This document shows positions 14,781-17,782 of a stretch of DNA of 17,782 nt, in pieces (positions within the stretch are counted from its first letter, which is position 1; each line of letters starts with the position of its first letter). Both the position numbers and the translations under genes were made by a program. A model generated the notes under the pieces. The model was not told the DNA's origin. It was given only the letters and a program-made list of their open reading frames with translations, and did not search any database. Origin of the DNA: an uncultured Oscillospiraceae bacterium (GTDB lineage: Bacteria; Bacillota; Clostridia; Oscillospirales; Oscillospiraceae); NCBI GenBank assembly GCA_934643765.1, contig CAKUCT010000014.1, positions 1 through 17,782 on the forward strand. The letters are read 5' to 3'.

Positions 14781-14822
14781 AGTATAGCAAACCCGCCCTC
14801 AAAAAAACATGCCATCTGTCCG
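14781..14822 (-). promoter_or_regulatory. Promoter of the amidohydrolase gene with the same motif and spacing as the yjjI operon promoter.
   Basis: Minus strand reads CGGACAGATGGCAT (rc of 14809-14822), 19 nt, then TGCTATACT (rc of 14781-14789). A partial third copy, ATGCCAT flanked by an A-run, sits at 14881-14887. Confidence 0.5.
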
Positions 14823-15000
14823 ATTTTGCGTGTGCGTCACATTTTCGTCCCGGGCCGCCTGCCCAGGGTGCGCGTCAAAAATGCCATGCATTCGGCAGTC
14901 TTCTGATTGCGTTTGCAAAGGAAATTTTGACGGCCATCGGCGGGGTCTAATACGTCTCACGGTGAGACGCAATTTGAAAACGGAAGGGATGAGATTCTGC

Positions 15001-15029
15001 TTGCAAACATATCATATTCCTGATATACT
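15001..15029 (+). promoter_or_regulatory. Sigma-70 promoter of the toxin-antitoxin operon.
   Basis: TTGCAA (15001-15006), a 17-nt spacer, then TATACT (15024-15029), about 30 nt upstream of the antitoxin ATG. Confidence 0.5.
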
Positions 15030-15057
15030 ATGGATAGAAAACACAGGAGGTGGTTGT

Positions 15058-15336
15058 ATGCAAATCAGAGCATCCACGGCATTGCGCAACGAATATCTTC
15101 AGATTTCACAGCTGGCAAAGGTATCCGGCGAGCCGATCTATATTACAAACAAAGGCGAAGCCGACATTGTGATCCAAAGTATCGAAGCGTATGAACAGCG
15201 CGAAAAGATGCTGGCACACCGGGCAAGCGTCCTGGAAGCAGAACTGGATCGTCTGAGTGGTGCGCCGACATATTCTCCGGAACAGGTACGCGGCAGAATG
15301 AAGGAGATCTTTGATGCAGCAAGAGTATCAGATTAA
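15058..15336 (+). CDS. Type II antitoxin, Phd/YefM family.
   Basis: MQIRASTALRNEYLQISQLAKVSGEPIYITNKGEADIVIQSIEAYEQRE is the typical Phd/YefM N-terminal domain. AGGAGG lies 8 nt upstream of the ATG at 15058. The 83-aa N-terminal extension in the ORF track has no support. Confidence 0.8.
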   Translation: MQIRASTALRNEYLQISQLAKVSGEPIYITNKGEADIVIQSIEAYEQREKMLAHRASVLEAELDRLSGAPTYSPEQVRGRMKEIFDAARVSD

Positions 15337-15631
15337 ATATCTGCGCGCTGCCATGCGCGATTTGGAAAGTATTGCGCAGCTTTATCTCGGCTTGGCCGGT
15401 GCGGATTCCGCTGAAAAATTCATTGGCGAGATTCTGCATACCGTAGACCTGTTACGGACATTCCCATATTCCGGCGCGCTGCACCCGGATATGGTGCTGG
15501 CGGAACGGGAGTTCCGTAAGGTCGTTTGCCGTGACTATGTATGTGTCTACAAGGTCATTGACAGCGAAAAGACGGTCTATATCTACCGCATCGTGAACGG
15601 CAAGACAGACTATCCTCAGCTCTTGTACTAA
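15314..15631 (+). CDS. parE: Type II toxin, ParE/RelE superfamily.
   Basis: 105 aa with a family-typical pattern (IKYLRAAMRDLESIAQLY...LRTFPYSG...FRKVVCRDYVCVYKV...VYIYRIVNGKTDY). AAGGAG lies 7 nt upstream. The gene overlaps the antitoxin 3' end by 23 nt. Confidence 0.8.
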   Translation: MQQEYQIKYLRAAMRDLESIAQLYLGLAGADSAEKFIGEILHTVDLLRTFPYSGALHPDMVLAEREFRKVVCRDYVCVYKVIDSEKTVYIYRIVNGKTDYPQLLY

Positions 15632-15644
15632 CTATATTACGCAT

Positions 15645-15679
15645 AAAAACCAGTCTCTTTTGATAAGAGGCTGGTTTTT
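15645..15679 (+). terminator. Rho-independent terminator of the toxin-antitoxin operon.
   Basis: Stem CCAGTCTCTT pairs with AAGAGGCTGG (one G-U pair), flanked by AAAAA and TTTTT. Confidence 0.75.
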
Positions 15680-15839
15680 CTATGCGCAAGATGATTGGAG
15701 ATGAAACCATGTGCGTGATAACTGAGTTGTATCTCCCCTTGTCTGTGCCCGCAGAACCGAAGCGAAGTTTGCGTAAGTAACTGCATACATGCATCAAAGA
15801 CGCATTGCCCATCGTTGGCGGCGCGCTTTTCTGCATCTA

Positions 15840-15868
15840 TTGATACCGCGCCGCCAAGATGCTATAAT
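15840..15868 (+). promoter_or_regulatory. Near-consensus sigma-70 promoter for the response-regulator gene.
   Basis: TTGATA (15840-15845), a 17-nt spacer, then TATAAT (15863-15868). Confidence 0.6.
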
Positions 15869-15885
15869 TCCGAATACAGGGAAAA

Positions 15886-15933
15886 ATCATGAAGCAAGGC
15901 CTTGCTTCATGCCGTGGGTACCCACGGCATGAT
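15886..15933 (+). promoter_or_regulatory. Two abutting perfect palindromes in the leader of the response-regulator gene (operator or RNA structure).
   Basis: CATGAAGCAAGG|CCTTGCTTCATG (15888-15911) and GCCGTGGGT|ACCCACGGC (15911-15928), bracketed by ATCATG (15886-15891) and CATGAT (15928-15933). Confidence 0.4.
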
Positions 15934-15974
15934 TCTCTCCTGTCAAAGAAAATCTCGGAACGGAGGGATACCCT

Positions 15975-16778
15975 ATGAATCTTCTTGTTGTGGACGATGA
16001 GCGCCTTGCATTGCAGCTTTTGACTGATACGATTCAAAAGGTGCTCCCGGACGCAACGATCTGCGCATTTACAAAGCCCTCCGAAGCGCTGCGCTTTGCG
16101 CAGGAAACAACCTGTGAGATTGCGTTTCTTGATATTCAGATGCGCTCCATGACCGGCTTGGAGCTTGCGCGGCGGCTGAAAAATATGCAGCCGAATATCA
16201 ATATTATCTTTGTCACCGGTTACGATGAATATGCCGGCTATGCCATGCGGATGCACGCCAGCGGTTATCTGATGAAGCCTGTCACGGAAGAAAAACTCCT
16301 ATTGGAGCTTGCCGAGCTGCGCCATCCGATTACACTTGAGCAGCCGCAGGCTGTGCTGCGGGTACAATGCTTTGGAAATTTCGATGTATTTACTGCGCAT
16401 GGCGAGCTTGTCCACTTTGAACGGGCCAAGGCAAAGGAACTCTTTGCTTATCTTGTATCCAAGCGCGGAGGCTCCTGCAATATCCGTTCGCTTGCCGGAA
16501 TCCTTTTTGAGGACACGCCTTACGACATCAAGCAATCGACCTATATGCGGACGATTCTTTCCAGTCTGACAAAATCGCTCAGAGCGGTTGGTGCAGAAGC
16601 AGTCCTGAAAAAGAATTATAACGAGGTTGCAATCGACACGCAGCTGCTTGACTGCGACTACTACCGCTTCCTGCGCGGTGAGGTATCTGCTGTCAATCGG
16701 TATCAGGGCGAGTTTATGGCACAATACTCATGGGCAGAATTTGTGACCGGCTATATTGAACAGAAAACGGTAAAATAA
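15975..16778 (+). CDS. Two-component response regulator: REC domain plus a C-terminal winged-helix (SARP/OmpR-like) DNA-binding domain.
   Basis: REC motifs LLVVDDE, FLDIQM (phospho-acceptor Asp), FVTGY and YLMKP. C-terminal region LRVQCFGNFDVF...AKELFAYLVSKRGGSCNIRSLAGILFED. GGAGGG lies 7 nt upstream. Confidence 0.85.
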   Translation: MNLLVVDDERLALQLLTDTIQKVLPDATICAFTKPSEALRFAQETTCEIAFLDIQMRSMTGLELARRLKNMQPNINIIFVTGYDEYAGYAMRMHASGYLMKPVTEEKLLLELAELRHPITLEQPQAVLRVQCFGNFDVFTAHGELVHFERAKAKELFAYLVSKRGGSCNIRSLAGILFEDTPYDIKQSTYMRTILSSLTKSLRAVGAEAVLKKNYNEVAIDTQLLDCDYYRFLRGEVSAVNRYQGEFMAQYSWAEFVTGYIEQKTVK

Positions 16779-16781
16779 CGG

Positions 16782-16819
16782 ATATACGCTGCATGGATTC
16801 GATGCAGCGTATATTTTTT
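16782..16819 (+). terminator. Rho-independent terminator after the response-regulator gene.
   Basis: A 13-bp stem ATATACGCTGCAT (16782-16794) pairs with ATGCAGCGTATAT (16802-16814), followed by TTTTT. Confidence 0.75.
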
Positions 16820-16911
16820 ATGAATCTATGTTGAGTTTTTACAATTTATGTGAATCTTGTTGCGCTTTTGTAGCGCCTGCTTATTATCATACACGATTGG
16901 AGGCGTCTGAA

Positions 16912-17580
16912 ATGACCGATACACTGAAATATATCAATCTCGCAATGCAAAGCTGGGGGCTTTTATTCTGCCTGCTGGCGGCTGCGATTTTGCTGATTGC
17001 GGCGCACATCGACCGCCGCATGAAGCATTACTTCCTCGCCATCTTTTCGCTGCTGTTTCTCGACCTGCTGTCGAATATGGGCGGGCTCCTTCTGCGCGGG
17101 CGGACAGACGCATTCGGCGCGTTTTTGCTCCGCTTCTCTAACTTTACCGAGTATTTCTGGGGCGACGCGCTGACGCTGGTTCTGACGCTGTATCTGCTCT
17201 ATCTCATCGACCATGGAAAACAGGCCGCAACAAAAATCTGGCGCATTTCCGCGTGGACTCTGTTTGCTGTGGCGGTCACGCTTCTGGTCATTTCGCAGTT
17301 TACCGGCATTTTCTATACCGTTGGTGCAGATGGCATTTACCACTGCGGACCGCTGTTCTGGCTATCGCAGGTGATTGCCATTGCTTCTCTGGTGCTGGAC
17401 ATTGTGCTGATTATCCGCTACCGGACGGTTCTGAGCCGCGCGGAGCGCATCAGCTTCTGCGTCTATGTCTGCGTGCCAATCGTGGCAATTTTTCTTCAAC
17501 TGTTCTTCTACGGCGTGTATTTCCTGCTGCTGGCGTCTACGCTTGCGGCGGTGTTCATGCTGGGTGCGATTATGCTGCGC
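16912..17580 (+). pseudogene. N-terminal 7-TM sensor module (histidine-kinase or GGDEF-type input domain), truncated; no cytoplasmic catalytic domain follows.
   Basis: Start at MTDTLKY (ATG 16912, GGAGG upstream). About seven hydrophobic helices run through ...LAAVFMLGAIML. Beyond that the frame reads PDRAPPTPCNSCSLCLAR and overlaps a convergent gene that ends at 17570. The junction coordinate is approximate. Confidence 0.5.
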
Positions 17581-17782
17581 CTGCCAGATCGTGCGCCACC
17601 AACGCCGTGTAATAGCTGTTCATTGTGCTTGGCGCGTTGAACAGCGCAGCCAGCAGATATTGCCGGATATTCCGAATCCGCGTTGTGTTTTGCTTCAGGC
17701 AGTCCATGACGAAACGGATATGCTCGCTGTTCAGCTTCAGCAGCTTTGACCGCACGACCTCGGCTGGGTAATCGCTGCCTGC
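17570..17782 (-). CDS. C-terminal 70 codons of a conserved Firmicutes mobile-element (ICE/conjugative-transposon-associated) protein; the gene enters from the right edge.
   Basis: The reading frame is open from the window edge: AGSDYPAEVVRSKLLKLNSEHIRFVMDCLKQNTTRIRNIRQYLLAALFNAPSTMNSYYTALVAHDL... From memory, the motif Y(L/M)LxALFNAP-T(M/I)-SYY...V-HD recurs in replication/DnaD-like accessory proteins of clostridial integrative elements. The family name is not certain. Confidence 0.45.
   Translation of the reverse strand, partial: AGSDYPAEVVRSKLLKLNSEHIRFVMDCLKQNTTRIRNIRQYLLAALFNAPSTMNSYYTALVAHDLAGAA

Noticed and set aside
14809-15057. The 83-codon N-terminal extension of the antitoxin ORF.
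   Set aside because: The extension is Cys/Arg-rich and runs over the TA promoter. A strong AGGAGG-ATG at 15058 gives a canonical 92-aa Phd/YefM protein.
15682-15780. Small ORF MRKMIGDETMCVITELYLPLSVPAEPKRSLRK directly after the TA terminator.
   Set aside because: Its ATG sits 3 nt after the terminator T-tract, it has no ribosome-binding site, and there is no supporting structure or coupling. This contrasts with the uORF at 15889, which I kept as a low-confidence finding.
15837-16256. The 139-aa minus-strand ORF and ORF 16299..16724 (minus strand), both overlapping the response regulator.
   Set aside because: Both are antisense to a gene with complete REC motifs, and they have no ribosome-binding site or domain signal.
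1-17782. CRISPR arrays, rRNA genes, IS-element terminal inverted repeats with a transposase.
   Set aside because: No regularly spaced repeat-spacer pattern, no rRNA-like conserved stretches and no transposase-like ORF were found on either strand.

Overview
The window looks like a Clostridia-type (Firmicutes) chromosome segment, GC-rich in the core and bounded by mobile DNA on both sides. LEFT (1 to ~2970, visibly AT-richer): the end of an integrated element. It carries an excisionase-type HTH gene, a CRESS-like Rep (HUH endonuclease plus SF3 helicase), an RHH protein, a repeat-dense GC-rich non-coding block that may be the origin, and a divergent XRE regulator / membrane-anchored DUF2726 nuclease-like cassette. 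It ends near a tRNA-3'-end-like fragment and a run of strong hairpins. A decayed solute-binding-domain sensor pseudogene follows (~3270-3930). CORE (4188-14734): a seven-gene minus-strand operon encodes a YjjI-family glycyl-radical enzyme, its YjjW-family activase, a BMP-family lipoprotein, a double ABC ATPase, two permeases and a nucleoside hydrolase. Next to it sit a divergent Crp/Fnr-family regulator and a convergent 8-oxoguanine/guanine-deaminase-like amidohydrolase. The operon promoter and the amidohydrolase promoter share a 12-nt motif at identical spacing from an extended -10, so the two appear co-regulated. The YjjI enzyme has no assigned reaction to my knowledge, which makes this locus the strongest candidate for an undescribed anaerobic nucleoside/nucleobase pathway. 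RIGHT: a Phd/ParE toxin-antitoxin pair, a response regulator with a palindrome-rich leader, and a 7TM sensor gene cut off at ~17.57 kb by a second mobile element. No rRNA, intact tRNA or CRISPR array was seen.
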